NCBI GenBank assembly: GCA_018971045.1
Contig: JAGWVF010000002.1
Span: 65,133-129,132, forward strand
Direction: 5' to 3'
Source: Patescibacteria group bacterium
GTDB taxonomy: Bacteria; Patescibacteriota; Minisyncoccia; Phycocordibacterales; Phycocordibacteraceae
DNA length: 64,000 nucleotides
The position numbers and the translations under genes were made by a program. Under the pieces are notes generated by a model, which saw only the letters and a program-made list of their open reading frames with translations, did not search any database and was not told the origin of the DNA. This document shows, one piece after another, positions 1 to 9,321 of this stretch. Position 1 is the first letter of the stretch. The number at the start of each line of letters is the position of its first letter.

Positions 1-30
1 AGTGGCGGCTGATCCACCACCTCTATTTTT

Positions 31-1296
31 ATGGCTAAAAAAACTATTACGAAAAAGAAAAAACCTTCTCGACCGCGTTCGAAGCATCCGGTGAAGAAAT
101 CCGCGAAAAAGCGGACGATGAAGCGTCTGTCCGCGAAAAAGAAAGCGGTGAAGAAGAGCCGCGCGCGCGCGAAGCCGAACAAGAAGCAAGTCGTTCGCGC
201 GGCGCTTCACGGCGCAAAAGCGAAGAGTGAATCGCAGAAAGCGCTTTCGGCCGACGCGCTTATTGAGCGAGGGAAAGAGCGCGGATATGTCACCTACAAT
301 GAGATTCTGAAGTCATTTCCGCACGTTGAGGAAGACGTCGGTTTCCTCGAATCCTTGTACGAGCGGTTTGCGGCTGCCGGAGTCGATGTGCTCGAGGGCG
401 GCATGCTTGAAGACGCCGCTGACGAATATCTCGCGACGCGCAATATCAAGGACCGCCACTCCACGAGTTATGATTCAATCCAGATCTATCTGCGCGAGAT
501 CGGGCAATTCCCGTTGCTTACCGCCGCCGAGGAGCGTGAACTCGCGAAGCGCATTGAAAAAGGCGACGCTGAAGCGCGCAACATTCTTGCCCGTTCCAAT
601 TTGCGTCTCGTGGTGTCGATCGCTAAAAAGTACGTGGGCCGTTCGCCCGATCTTACGCTCCTCGACCTCATTCAAGAAGGCAATCTGGGCCTCTTCCGCG
701 CGGTCGATAAATTCGACTGGAAGAAGGGCTATAAGTTCTCGACGTATGCCACATGGTGGATCCGCCAGGCGATCACGCGGGCGCTCGCCGACCAGAGCCG
801 GACAATCCGCATCCCCGTCCACATGGTCGAGACGATCGCCAAGTACAAGCAAGTCTCGCGCCGCCTCGCGCAGGTCTTGGGACGCGACCCGCAGGCTGAG
901 GAGATCGCGGTGGAAATGGGCGTCGAGCCGGAGAAGATTTATCAAATCGAGAAGATCAATCAGGACACGCTCTCGCTTGAGAATCCGGTCGGTTCGGATG
1001 ACGATGAGAAATCGACGCTCGGCGATTTCATTCCTGACGATAAGATCCCCTCGCCGGTGCAGGAATCGTCGGAGCGCATTCTTGAGGAACAGGTGCGCGC
1101 GATTCTGAACGATCTTTCGCCCAAGGAACGCAAGATCCTTGAGATGCGCCACGGCCTTATGGACGGCATTTACCACACGCTTGAAGAGGTTGGGCGCGAA
1201 TTCGGCGTCACCCGCGAGCGCATCCGCCAGATCGAAGCGAAGGCTCTCGAGAAAATACGAACCCACGACAAAGCGCGGCATTTGAAATCGTACTAG
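31..1296 (+). CDS. rpoD: RNA polymerase sigma factor RpoD (sigma-70) with Lys-rich N-terminal tail
   Basis: 421 aa. Sigma-70 regions 2, 3 and 4 are recognisable ([51 protein letters not shown]; region 4 [24 protein letters not shown]). The first ~60 aa are K/R-rich rather than a canonical region 1.1. Confidence 0.95.
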   Translation: MAKKTITKKKKPSRPRSKHPVKKSAKKRTMKRLSAKKKAVKKSRARAKPNKKQVVRAALHGAKAKSESQKALSADALIERGKERGYVTYNEILKSFPHVEEDVGFLESLYERFAAAGVDVLEGGMLEDAADEYLATRNIKDRHSTSYDSIQIYLREIGQFPLLTAAEERELAKRIEKGDAEARNILARSNLRLVVSIAKKYVGRSPDLTLLDLIQEGNLGLFRAVDKFDWKKGYKFSTYATWWIRQAITRALADQSRTIRIPVHMVETIAKYKQVSRRLAQVLGRDPQAEEIAVEMGVEPEKIYQIEKINQDTLSLENPVGSDDDEKSTLGDFIPDDKIPSPVQESSERILEEQVRAILNDLSPKERKILEMRHGLMDGIYHTLEEVGREFGVTRERIRQIEAKALEKIRTHDKARHLKSY

Positions 1297-1310
1297 AGTA
1301 TACTCGCCTT

Positions 1311-2150
1311 ATGGCGAAAAAGCGGGTGGTGAAGAAGACAGCGAACGCACCCATTAAACACTGGAGCCATTCGAGTCTGATGGCGTTTTTGCGCAACCCG
1401 CTCGCCTGGTATACGCGATACGTCAAAGAGATTTATGATATGCCGACGACGCCTGCCGCGGTGGTGGGGAGCGCCGGGCACAAGGCGCTCGAGTATTTCT
1501 ATAGCGGAGTCCCGAAAGAGCTGGCGATACAGAAAGGTCTGGATCATATGCGCAATGTCGGCGATTTCGAAATAAACTTTGGGAAGGCGGTCTCAGCGCG
1601 GGCGAAGAGAGAGAGGCGAAAAGCGATGGAAGAGGAGTACCTTCGCGCGATTTCTTATTATCTCGCGCGACCACCTCGGCACACCGTGCTCGGCGTTGAG
1701 GTGGTCGGCGTTGTCAAAGTGAAGGGGCTTCCGATACCGATCAAGGCGATCTCGGATCTCGTCGTGGAATCACGCGTCGAGAAAGGCGCGGTCGATATCG
1801 TCGACCACAAGTTCGTAACGGCCTTTAGCAAGAGCGGCGCGGCGAAGTCGCTTTTTATCATCCAAGCGATTTTCAACTACTACACCGTGCGCGAGCTTTA
1901 CGGCAGGCCGGTACGGCGTTTTATCGTCTATGAGTGCAAAAAGACTAAGAATGGAGACGGCAAGGCGCAACTGCGGCGCTACGAGATCGATTTCACCAAA
2001 TGCGCCGAGAGCTTTGCTGTTTTCCATCGCCTGCTCCATGACGCGACCGCCGAGATTATGCGCGAGCGGCTCTACCTCCCGAATCCTTCTGATCTCTTCG
2101 AAGGCGAGCACTCATTTGAGCTGTATCGCCTCGATCTCCTCGATCGGTAA
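1311..2150 (+). CDS. PD-(D/E)XK nuclease superfamily protein (Cas4/RecB-nuclease-like, no Fe-S cysteines)
   Basis: 279 aa. Motif order D..VDHK followed by Q...Y (GAVDIVDHKF...IIQAIFNYY), typical of PDDEXK_1 / Cas4-like nucleases. Lies 15 nt after the rpoD stop. Confidence 0.6.
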   Translation: MAKKRVVKKTANAPIKHWSHSSLMAFLRNPLAWYTRYVKEIYDMPTTPAAVVGSAGHKALEYFYSGVPKELAIQKGLDHMRNVGDFEINFGKAVSARAKRERRKAMEEEYLRAISYYLARPPRHTVLGVEVVGVVKVKGLPIPIKAISDLVVESRVEKGAVDIVDHKFVTAFSKSGAAKSLFIIQAIFNYYTVRELYGRPVRRFIVYECKKTKNGDGKAQLRRYEIDFTKCAESFAVFHRLLHDATAEIMRERLYLPNPSDLFEGEHSFELYRLDLLDR

Positions 2151-2164
2151 GCGCTCTCGAAAGA

Positions 2165-2836
2165 TTATTGAAGCGATTGATCGACGAGCGTCTTGAGGTC
2201 GTCGTAGGAATAGGCGCCGTCGACGACGACGGGGAGTTTACCGCGCACGAGGATAAGCGAGTAGGGAACCCCGGTGGCCCCCATAGCGAGCGCGTTCTTC
2301 CGGTCGGCTTGAATACGCTCAAGGAGCGGCGCCGACGTCGATTCGCTCGCGTAGCAGGTGGCGAAGGTATCAGCCGGCACATTCGTCACGGCGGCGATCG
2401 TTCCGATCGCCGCCGGAGCGACGGGCTGCCTCGCATAGAGCGCGTCGGTAAATTTCCAAAACGCATCATTGCCGCCAACCTCTGCCGCGCACTCAGCGGC
2501 CTTAGCGAGCGCGAGCGCGTCCGGATGGATCTCGCTGAGAGGGAAGTGGCGGAAGACCCACGCGACTTCGCCGTTCGCTCCTTCGGTCGCTATGATCTGG
2601 TGCAGTGTCTCATTGAATCCCTTACAGTATTCGCAATCGAAGTCGGCGTATTCGACGATCATCACCTTCGCAGCCGGATTCCCGAGAATGTGATCGGATG
2701 CGCTCACGGGGCGCACGAGCGACGGATCGCCTGCGCGTACGGGCGCCGCAGGTTTGGCGAGCGAGAGGTATACCGCCGCGGCGAGGATGATTCCGCTCAC
2801 GACAATCGCGACGGGAATGACGAGTGCGGATTTCAT
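2165..2836 (-). CDS. DsbA-family thiol:disulfide oxidoreductase, membrane-anchored
   Basis: 223 aa. N-terminal TM helix, thioredoxin-fold CxxC motif (ADFDCEYCKGF). Confidence 0.8.
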   Translation of the reverse strand: MKSALVIPVAIVVSGIILAAAVYLSLAKPAAPVRAGDPSLVRPVSASDHILGNPAAKVMIVEYADFDCEYCKGFNETLHQIIATEGANGEVAWVFRHFPLSEIHPDALALAKAAECAAEVGGNDAFWKFTDALYARQPVAPAAIGTIAAVTNVPADTFATCYASESTSAPLLERIQADRKNALAMGATGVPYSLILVRGKLPVVVDGAYSYDDLKTLVDQSLQ

Positions 2837-3414
2837 AGCGGGAGCGCGTGGGTGAGCGAGGAGGTCGAAGAGGGCGCAAGAAGCCAGTCGGACGTGTCGA
2901 TTTTAATATCGCGGGTATCGCGCAATTCTTTATATTTCAAGATGCCGTGCGTAAGCGCATAGTCGTAGAGCGCGCGCGTAAGCCGCACGTCTTCAAGGCA
3001 ATATTCAGCCACCTTCGCTTTCTTGCCTTCGCGCCACCAGTCCTGCGCTTTCAGGCCGTCTCCCTTTTTTCCTTTTCCCAGGGTCGCCTCTGCAAGTGAT
3101 TGCAGACGGATCCGCCGGCCGAGCGCGCGCTGTACCTCGCGCAAAAGATCAAGCGATCGCAGAAAAGAAAGATCTCCCGGGTAATAGCGGTTCAAAAGCG
3201 GGATGTCGAAGGTGTCCGAGTTAAAGCCGATCAGCTGATCCGCGCGCTCGAGTATCGGCCAGAGCTTCGGCAGATCTTCTTTATAGTACGAGGAATATGA
3301 ATCAGTCTCGGAATCGTGAATGCCGACGACCGTAAGCTCCTGTTCGTTTACGTCAATGTGCCCGCGCACTGCCGAGTTCGAAATGGATTCGATGTCAAAC
3401 GTGATCGCGCGCAT
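2833..3414 (-). CDS. RNase H-fold 3'-5' exonuclease (DEDD-like)
   Basis: 193 aa. Starts MRAITFDIES (Exo I motif DxE); downstream FNSDTFDIPLL and a YCLEDV-containing segment resemble Exo II/III of DnaQ-like exonucleases. 4-nt overlap with the downstream dsbA-like gene. Confidence 0.6.
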   Translation of the reverse strand: MRAITFDIESISNSAVRGHIDVNEQELTVVGIHDSETDSYSSYYKEDLPKLWPILERADQLIGFNSDTFDIPLLNRYYPGDLSFLRSLDLLREVQRALGRRIRLQSLAEATLGKGKKGDGLKAQDWWREGKKAKVAEYCLEDVRLTRALYDYALTHGILKYKELRDTRDIKIDTSDWLLAPSSTSSLTHALPL

Positions 3415-3415
3415 A

Positions 3416-4651
3416 TCAGCCTCCGGAGCGCAGCCGCGCGGGAAGGAGAGAGGTCGGAAGCTCGGTCTCCTCGCCGCTCGCTAGAACTTTCATCCGCACC
3501 GTTTGATTGGCGACCTCGTTCGCGCCATACGCGATGAAGAGCGGTATGCCGCGCCGCACCGCATCCTTGATTTGATCGCCGAGCGAGCGTTCAGTCAGAT
3601 TGACGAACACGCGTCCGCCTTCCGCGCGGAGCGTTTCGGCGAATGCCTGCGCCGCGGGAATGTCGCTTGGAACGGGCGTACCGAGATAGAGATGCGGCGC
3701 GTTCGCGTTCGTCTGCGGCAGGAGACCGCGCGTTTCGAGGAAGTCGATAAGCGTTACGTCTCCCATTCCGAAACCGATCGCCGGCACCGGATCGCCGCCG
3801 TACACCGCCACAAGGCCGTCGTACCGGCCGCCGCCAAAGATCGCACGCGGATTCGCAGGGTTGGTATCGAACACTTCGAAAACGAGCCCGGTGTAGTAAT
3901 CGAAGCCTCGCGTGATGCCGGGATCGAAGACGGCATTTTTAACGCCGCGTTCCCTGAGTGTCGCGATGACCGACTCGATTGGTTCCGCCTCAATATGCGC
4001 GAGCGGGTCCGTGTGGGTAATGGTCTCGCGCGCCGCGGTAAACGCCTCGGGCGTCATCTTCGATCGTTTATCGAGCAAGCGGAGATAGGAACGGACATCT
4101 TCTTCCGTAAGCCCCGCTACCTTGCAGGCGGCGTTCAGAAGTTCGCGCGAATTGACGCGGATGACGAAATCGCTGTCCGTTGCGCCGAATGCCTTCAAGA
4201 GCTCGGACGCGATCGTCACGATTTCAATATCGGCTTCGCTCGATCCGATACCGACCAAATCGACGTTCAGTTGATAATGTTCGCGTAGCCTTCCTTTTTG
4301 CGGACGTTCATAGCGAAAGACATTCGGAAGCGAGAACCAGCGGAGAGGAAAAGTGAGTTCGCGCCGCTTCGCCGCGATCATGCGAGCGAGGGTCGGAGTC
4401 ATCTCGGGCCGGAGCGTTACTCTCCGATCTCCGCGGTCGATGAAAGTATACGTTTGCTCAGAGACGATCTCTTCGGAGGTCTTCGCCTCGTAGAGTTCGG
4501 CGCGTTCGAGCGGGGAGGCGTTGTACTCTTCGTATCCCCAGCGCGCGAGAGTATCACGGATCTGCGCGAAGAGCGCGATCATGCGCGCCCAGTCGCCGGG
4601 ATAAAAATCGCGCACGCCCTTGTACGGGTCAGTCGAAAAAGGTTCGGCCAT
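3416..4651 (-). CDS. hisS: histidine--tRNA ligase
   Basis: 411 aa. Class II aaRS motifs and HisRS-specific segments (RGFDYYTGLVFE, GGGRYDGL) plus a C-terminal anticodon-binding domain. Confidence 0.95.
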   Translation of the reverse strand: MAEPFSTDPYKGVRDFYPGDWARMIALFAQIRDTLARWGYEEYNASPLERAELYEAKTSEEIVSEQTYTFIDRGDRRVTLRPEMTPTLARMIAAKRRELTFPLRWFSLPNVFRYERPQKGRLREHYQLNVDLVGIGSSEADIEIVTIASELLKAFGATDSDFVIRVNSRELLNAACKVAGLTEEDVRSYLRLLDKRSKMTPEAFTAARETITHTDPLAHIEAEPIESVIATLRERGVKNAVFDPGITRGFDYYTGLVFEVFDTNPANPRAIFGGGRYDGLVAVYGGDPVPAIGFGMGDVTLIDFLETRGLLPQTNANAPHLYLGTPVPSDIPAAQAFAETLRAEGGRVFVNLTERSLGDQIKDAVRRGIPLFIAYGANEVANQTVRMKVLASGEETELPTSLLPARLRSGG

Positions 4652-4679
4652 AATATAATTTTATCACGAACGGTCGCGG

Positions 4680-5219
4680 CTAAACACCCGTTTCTTTTTC
4701 TTCCGGTATGTATTTGAGAATGAGATCGCGCATCATTTCCGGCTTTGAGATGCCAGACATAGTAAATTCCTCTTCCTCTCCGGCGGACTGCACCTTGATG
4801 GTTCCAATATTGATGATTGAGGAAAGAACGCCGCTCACATCTGACGTGACGTCTTGCACACGCGAAAGGAAGAGGCTCGATACCTCGCGCGAGAAGAAAC
4901 GGCGCTGTTTAATATGGATGATACGTTGATTCGTGAGAATCCATGCGTTGAGGAAATAACGGGTGAAGTTTCCCCACGCCACCGTCCAGATTATGAGGAG
5001 CCAGATCGTCAGAGCGTGGTGCGACTCCGATTGTCGATAATCGAGATACGATATGAAGTGTATATTCGCGGGTACCGGAGCAAACGAAAGTAATTGCGGC
5101 AACGCAAATGGGATTACCGCAAGGATCACATAAGGGAGCATCTCGCCAAGAAGGAGCAACCAATGCTTGCGGAGCAGGCGAACGACAAACTCACCCGGTT
5201 CGAGTTCGAAGCCGTTCAT
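4680..5219 (-). CDS. membrane protein with bacterial PH domain (bPH_2 / YdbS-like)
   Basis: 179 aa. Two N-terminal TM helices followed by a ~80-aa soluble domain resembling YdbS/YdbT bPH_2 proteins. Confidence 0.55.
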   Translation of the reverse strand: MNGFELEPGEFVVRLLRKHWLLLLGEMLPYVILAVIPFALPQLLSFAPVPANIHFISYLDYRQSESHHALTIWLLIIWTVAWGNFTRYFLNAWILTNQRIIHIKQRRFFSREVSSLFLSRVQDVTSDVSGVLSSIINIGTIKVQSAGEEEEFTMSGISKPEMMRDLILKYIPEEKETGV

Positions 5220-5467
5220 ATGAGCAAGTACAATCCAAGTGCGAGCGATATGCTGAGGTGGAGAATGATCGACACCGTCGTTGCAAAAAGATTATGCGCA
5301 TACTTGAGCCAATGATAGATCGCAACGAGCGTATATAGCGCCCAGAAGACGAAAACGGAGATAAATAACCACTGTTTAAGCTGATCGCCGGAGACAATGT
5401 TCAGCATATGCAGATTCTGCATCACCGCCACGGGAGGTGCGAACGGCTGTAGCGGCCGATCAATCAT
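5216..5467 (-). CDS. small hydrophobic membrane protein (hypothetical)
   Basis: 83 aa. Two predicted TM helices. 4-nt and 8-nt overlaps with the flanking same-strand genes suggest a coupled operon member. Confidence 0.45.
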   Translation of the reverse strand: MIDRPLQPFAPPVAVMQNLHMLNIVSGDQLKQWLFISVFVFWALYTLVAIYHWLKYAHNLFATTVSIILHLSISLALGLYLLI

Positions 5468-6242
5468 CGAGAAATGATACCACGATCACGCGCGGAACGC
5501 CGTACTGATCGGCGTGTATTTCTGCGGTCAGGCGCCGATCGGTAAACAACGAGCAGGCGGCCGCTGCGTGTTCGCTATCGCATTCGATCCATGCGGTACC
5601 TTCTCTCGTGAGGTGTTTTGGAAGCTCGGCGGCGATGCGGCGAATGACGGCAAGACCGTCAACCCCCGCCCGCAAAGCGATCTCGGGCTCATAGCGGGCG
5701 ACACTCGCGGGGAGCGTGCGCTCGGAGGGAATATAGGGAGGATTGGCGGCAATGAGGTCGAATGTCTCGCCGTCGAACGGCGCGAAGAGATCGCCGATGC
5801 CGATATGCGCGCGAGACGCATCCAAGGCATTCCCCGATATATTTTTTGAAATAGTTTTCTCGTGCCCGGGATCAATCTCGCCAAACGAGACATCGGCCGT
5901 CGGGAGGCGCTTAAGCGCGGCGCAGCCGATGGCGCCGGAGCCGGCGCAAAGATCTAAAAAGCGAAGGCCGCTCGAATTCTTATTAACGGCTTCTTTAAGA
6001 AGTTGGAAGGTCCACCACTCGGTCTCGGAACGGGGAATAAGCGGACGCGAGTCGAGATGTATCGTAAGGTCGAGGAACGGCTGATGCCCGATCACATAGG
6101 CGAGCGGCTCATCGGCGGCGAGCCGACCGCAATCTGATCTGAAACCATCCGTCGCTACTCCACCGTATTTTTCATCGAGTAGCCGCCGCTCGTCTTTGGT
6201 CATATGTAGAGAACGTAGCACAAAACAAAACAGCCCGCGCAA
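5460..6242 (-). CDS. prmC: release factor glutamine N5-methyltransferase PrmC/HemK
   Basis: 260 aa. SAM-binding motif DLCAGSGAIG and the catalytic NPPY motif (IAANPPYIP). Confidence 0.85.
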   Translation of the reverse strand: MRGLFCFVLRSLHMTKDERRLLDEKYGGVATDGFRSDCGRLAADEPLAYVIGHQPFLDLTIHLDSRPLIPRSETEWWTFQLLKEAVNKNSSGLRFLDLCAGSGAIGCAALKRLPTADVSFGEIDPGHEKTISKNISGNALDASRAHIGIGDLFAPFDGETFDLIAANPPYIPSERTLPASVARYEPEIALRAGVDGLAVIRRIAAELPKHLTREGTAWIECDSEHAAAACSLFTDRRLTAEIHADQYGVPRVIVVSFLDD

Positions 6243-6272
6243 AGCGCGGGCTGTTTTGCCATCAAACGATGA

Positions 6273-6608
6273 TTAGTAGCCTCCTCGGCCGTAGCCGTTC
6301 CCGCCGCCGAAGCCGCCTTCGCGGCGCGGAGGGCGATCACCCTGCGGGCGGGCAAACGAGACGGAGAGCGTACGCCCATCCATCTCCTTGCCATCCCAAC
6401 GGTCGATGGCCGCCTGAGCTTCCGCCTCGGTCGCCATCTCGACAAATCCGAAGCCGCGTGAGCGGCCCGTCATTCGATCGCTAATGATGCTCGCCGAGAC
6501 GACATTTCCGGCCTCGCTAAAGGCCTTTTTAAGATCGTCTTCCGTCGAACGATAGGGAATACCGCCTACGTAGAGCTTGTTTCCCTGAACTGCTGACTGA
6601 TTATCCAT
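6273..6608 (-). CDS. RRM-domain RNA-binding protein with Gly/Arg-rich tail
   Basis: The ORF is trimmed to the internal ATG (MDNQSAVQGNKLYVGGIPY). RNP2 LYVGGI and RNP1 RGFGFVEM motifs; C-terminal GGFGGGNGYGRGGY tail. Confidence 0.85.
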   Translation of the reverse strand: MDNQSAVQGNKLYVGGIPYRSTEDDLKKAFSEAGNVVSASIISDRMTGRSRGFGFVEMATEAEAQAAIDRWDGKEMDGRTLSVSFARPQGDRPPRREGGFGGGNGYGRGGY

Positions 6609-6768
6609 GTGTAGATCTAACCGGTTAATCTCGCTGAAACTGAACGCATGCGGCCGTCGCCGGCCAAGGCATTGCTCGAATACTCCGCGAGTAATTACAG
6701 TATGCCAGAAATGCGCGGAGTACGCAAGGCATTGTTGATAAGCGCCGCCGCATCGAAAAAGAGACACG

Positions 6769-6797
6769 TTGACTTCATTCGTCAGATTTGGTATATA
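6769..6797 (+). promoter_or_regulatory. sigma-70-like promoter (TTGACT - 17 nt - TATATA) upstream of the 6807 CDS
   Basis: TTGACT at 6769-6774, 17-nt spacer, TATATA at 6792-6797, ATG at 6807. No SD, so possibly a very short leader. Confidence 0.5.
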
Positions 6798-6806
6798 TTA
6801 GACCAC

Positions 6807-7886
6807 ATGAAGAGTGCGATAAAAACGAAGCGCAAGGAAGCCTCGAAAGCGGTCAAACCGGTCACGTTTTCTTTTGACAGTATCGCTCTCGTGAAGCGCC
6901 TGCTCGCCTCGGTTCCGCCGCGCGCTCGCGAGGTGCTCACGCGCCGATTCGGCCTCGGCGCCACGACGACTCGCGAGACCCTCGAAACGATCGGTGATCG
7001 CGCCGGCATTACGCGCGAGCGCGTTCGCCAGATCGAGGCCGCCGGACTTGATGCCGTACGCGCAAGCAAGGCGTTTAAGGAAGCGAAAGCGGCATTTGAA
7101 GAGCTCACCTCGTATGTCACGTCGCTCGGCACCCTCGTACCCGAGGAAGCGCTTTTAGCGGCGCTCGGCAAGGACGGGAAAAGCCGCAACCGTTTTCGCT
7201 TCTTTCTTATGCTCGACTCGTCTTTTTATCGCGAGCGCGAAACGAACGAATTCCTCGTACGCTGGCATGTTGATAAAGGAACCGCCAAGCTTATTCACGA
7301 TGCGCTCTCGCGCCTCTACACATCGCTCGCCGATGACGAAGTCATTCCCGAAGGAGAACTTCTGGATCGGTTCCTCGACGAGCTTAAAGAAGTCAATGAT
7401 GCCTACAAGAATGAAGAAGTCTTGAAGCGCTGGCTCTCCTTAAGTAAGCATATCGGCAGCAATCCGCTCTCGGAATGGGGTCGCACGTCCGCTCCCGGTA
7501 TCCGGATCAAGGGCATTCGCGATTACGCGTATCTTGCGGTGAAGCGCCACGGCGAACCGATGCATTTCTCGGATGTTGCAAAGACAATCGGCACGCTTTT
7601 TTCGAAGAAGGCGCATATCGCAACGACCCATAACGAGCTCATCAAGGACCCGCGTTTCGTGCTCGTCGGACGCGGACTCTATGCGCTCACCGAGTGGGGC
7701 TACAAGCCGGGCGTGGTGCGCGAAGTGATCCGCGAAGCGCTCAAACAGGAAGGTCCGATGAAAAAGGATGACATCATCAAGCACGTGAAGCGCGCTCGTT
7801 TCGTGAAGGACAACACGATCTTCGTGAATCTGAACGATTCGCGGTATTTCAAACGCCTTAAGGACGGCCGGTATATCTCCGTCTAA
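6807..7886 (+). CDS. DNA-binding protein with sigma-70 region-4-like HTH (hypothetical regulator)
   Basis: About 360 aa from the ATG at 6807 (the ORF track begins at 6648). The segment ETLETIGDRAGITRERVRQIEAAGL is a sigma region-4-type HTH. No sigma region 2 is present. Confidence 0.55.
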   Translation: MKSAIKTKRKEASKAVKPVTFSFDSIALVKRLLASVPPRAREVLTRRFGLGATTTRETLETIGDRAGITRERVRQIEAAGLDAVRASKAFKEAKAAFEELTSYVTSLGTLVPEEALLAALGKDGKSRNRFRFFLMLDSSFYRERETNEFLVRWHVDKGTAKLIHDALSRLYTSLADDEVIPEGELLDRFLDELKEVNDAYKNEEVLKRWLSLSKHIGSNPLSEWGRTSAPGIRIKGIRDYAYLAVKRHGEPMHFSDVAKTIGTLFSKKAHIATTHNELIKDPRFVLVGRGLYALTEWGYKPGVVREVIREALKQEGPMKKDDIIKHVKRARFVKDNTIFVNLNDSRYFKRLKDGRYISV

Positions 7887-7902
7887 TGGTTATTCGTATG
7901 CA

Positions 7903-7937
7903 CAGAAGCGGCGTCCGCGAGGCGCCGCTTCTGTTTG
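7903..7937 (+). terminator. intrinsic terminator
   Basis: Perfect 11-bp stem CAGAAGCGGCG / CGCCGCTTCTG with an 8-nt loop, followed by TTTGG. Confidence 0.6.
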
Positions 7938-7955
7938 GTATACTGATACGGTACA

Positions 7956-9317
7956 ATGTCGCTCCTCCATAGCGTTGAATCGGCACAGAAAAAAATAACC
8001 TCGAAAACCGGATTACGGTTCGAGCCATGGCCGCTCCTTCTTGTCGCTCTATCGGTTCTCCTCATGGCGTTTGTCTTTATGCCGAGCGTCGCAATGCTCT
8101 CGTTCTCGATGGCGCTCTTTCTCGCGCCGATATGGCTCCCCCTCTTGCTTGTCGGCGGCGCGATCGATCTCTGGTACATCTATAAACGCTCGGAATTCAT
8201 CGCGAGTAAACAATATGTTCTCCTTGAGATAAAGCCTCCGCGCAATCTCGCCAAAACGCCTCTCGCTATGGAGACATTCCTTTCGACGCTGCACCTGACC
8301 GGAGGCGAGTCGACCTGGTGGGCGCGTTTGAATGGAGGAACCCGCCCTTTCTGGTCGCTTGAGATCGCTTCGTTTGAAGGTCAGGTGCATTTCTTTATCT
8401 GGGGGCGCGCTGATTTCCGCAGGCTTATCGAATCGCAGCTGTATGCCCAGTATCCAGGCGTGCATATCGCCGAATCGCTTGACTACACTCGCCTCATCTC
8501 AGCAGCGCCCGAGGAATGGAGTCTGTGGGGGTGCGATTTTATGCATATGGCCGCCGATCCGCTGCCCATCAGGACGTACATTGAATACGGACTTGATAAA
8601 GTACAAAAAGAGCCGGAACAGACCGACCCGCTCGCCAATCTTATCGAGTTCATGGGCTCCATCGGAAAAGGGGAGTATCTCTGGCTCCAATTCATCGTGC
8701 GCGCTCATAAAGGAGAGAAGTATCATAAACACAATGAGAAAGGCGATCCCTTCACGTGGAAAGATTTGGCGAACGAGCTGGTTCAGGATATTCGGAAAGC
8801 GACTCGTGATCCTTATGTCGATCCGGCTACCGGCGAAGAACGGCCAGGATTTCCGAATCCTACCAAAGGTCAGGTAGAAAAAATCGCCGCGATCGAGCGC
8901 AACGTCTCAAAACTCGCGTTCGATGTCGGCGGACGCGGCGTGTATCTCTCTCGGCCGGAACATTTCCACAGCGCGACGATCCCTCAAATGATCTCTCTCT
9001 TTAAGCCGTTTAACTCGGAAGGGTGGAACGGGATCAAAGCATCGGCGTGGCTCATGCGTTTCGACGATTATCCGTGGGAAGTCGGCGTTTCGAAAAAGAA
9101 AGATCATTATCGCCGCGAGCTGGTTGACGCGTTCCGCCGCAGGCAGTTTTTCCATGACCCTTTTCATGAGGGAGGATTGCATGCGGATGACGCCATGGTT
9201 ATGAGCACCGAAGAGCTCGCGACCATCTTCCACATTCCCTCGCGCTCGGTCGAGACGCCAGGTCTCGGACGCGTGCAATCAGCGACCGGCGAAGCGCCGC
9301 CAGACCTGCCCGTCTAG
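7956..9317 (+). CDS. membrane protein: 2 N-terminal TM helices plus a domain paralogous to the N-terminal domain of the 49073-51847 ATPase
   Basis: 453 aa. TM helices LLLVALSVLLMAFVF and LFLAPIWLPLLLVGGAI. The soluble part aligns block by block with residues ~150-520 of the 924-aa ATPase (LLEIKPP~LYEIALPEP; FWSLEIASFEGQVHFFIWG~YYALELAVPAHSPELQFYAAIP; IESQLYAQYPGVHI~FEKQLLAVFPGARL; DPLANLIEF~DPLNALINAF; STEELATIFHIPSRSVETPGLGRV~SLRELTTIYHFPPSGMESSPHLRQ). Confidence 0.7.
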   Translation: MSLLHSVESAQKKITSKTGLRFEPWPLLLVALSVLLMAFVFMPSVAMLSFSMALFLAPIWLPLLLVGGAIDLWYIYKRSEFIASKQYVLLEIKPPRNLAKTPLAMETFLSTLHLTGGESTWWARLNGGTRPFWSLEIASFEGQVHFFIWGRADFRRLIESQLYAQYPGVHIAESLDYTRLISAAPEEWSLWGCDFMHMAADPLPIRTYIEYGLDKVQKEPEQTDPLANLIEFMGSIGKGEYLWLQFIVRAHKGEKYHKHNEKGDPFTWKDLANELVQDIRKATRDPYVDPATGEERPGFPNPTKGQVEKIAAIERNVSKLAFDVGGRGVYLSRPEHFHSATIPQMISLFKPFNSEGWNGIKASAWLMRFDDYPWEVGVSKKKDHYRRELVDAFRRRQFFHDPFHEGGLHADDAMVMSTEELATIFHIPSRSVETPGLGRVQSATGEAPPDLPV

Positions 9318-9321
9318 AGTC

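Noticed and set aside
326-1281. Long alternative-frame and antisense ORFs inside rpoD (326-1108 +, 475-1281 -)
   Set aside because: They are Arg/Ser-rich, low-complexity translations typical of GC-rich off-frames. rpoD has unambiguous domain content.
3503-4288. 261-aa ORF antisense to hisS, and similar antisense ORFs opposite murE (14728-15510), pepO, topA, FAD-oxidase and the ATPase (49352-50062)
   Set aside because: No domain signatures. Arg-rich composition. Each overlaps a gene with strong homology on the other strand.
6273-6767. Full 164-aa version of the RRM protein ORF
   Set aside because: The upstream 53 codons are non-homologous and overlap the divergent promoter. The RRM begins right after the internal ATG at 6608.
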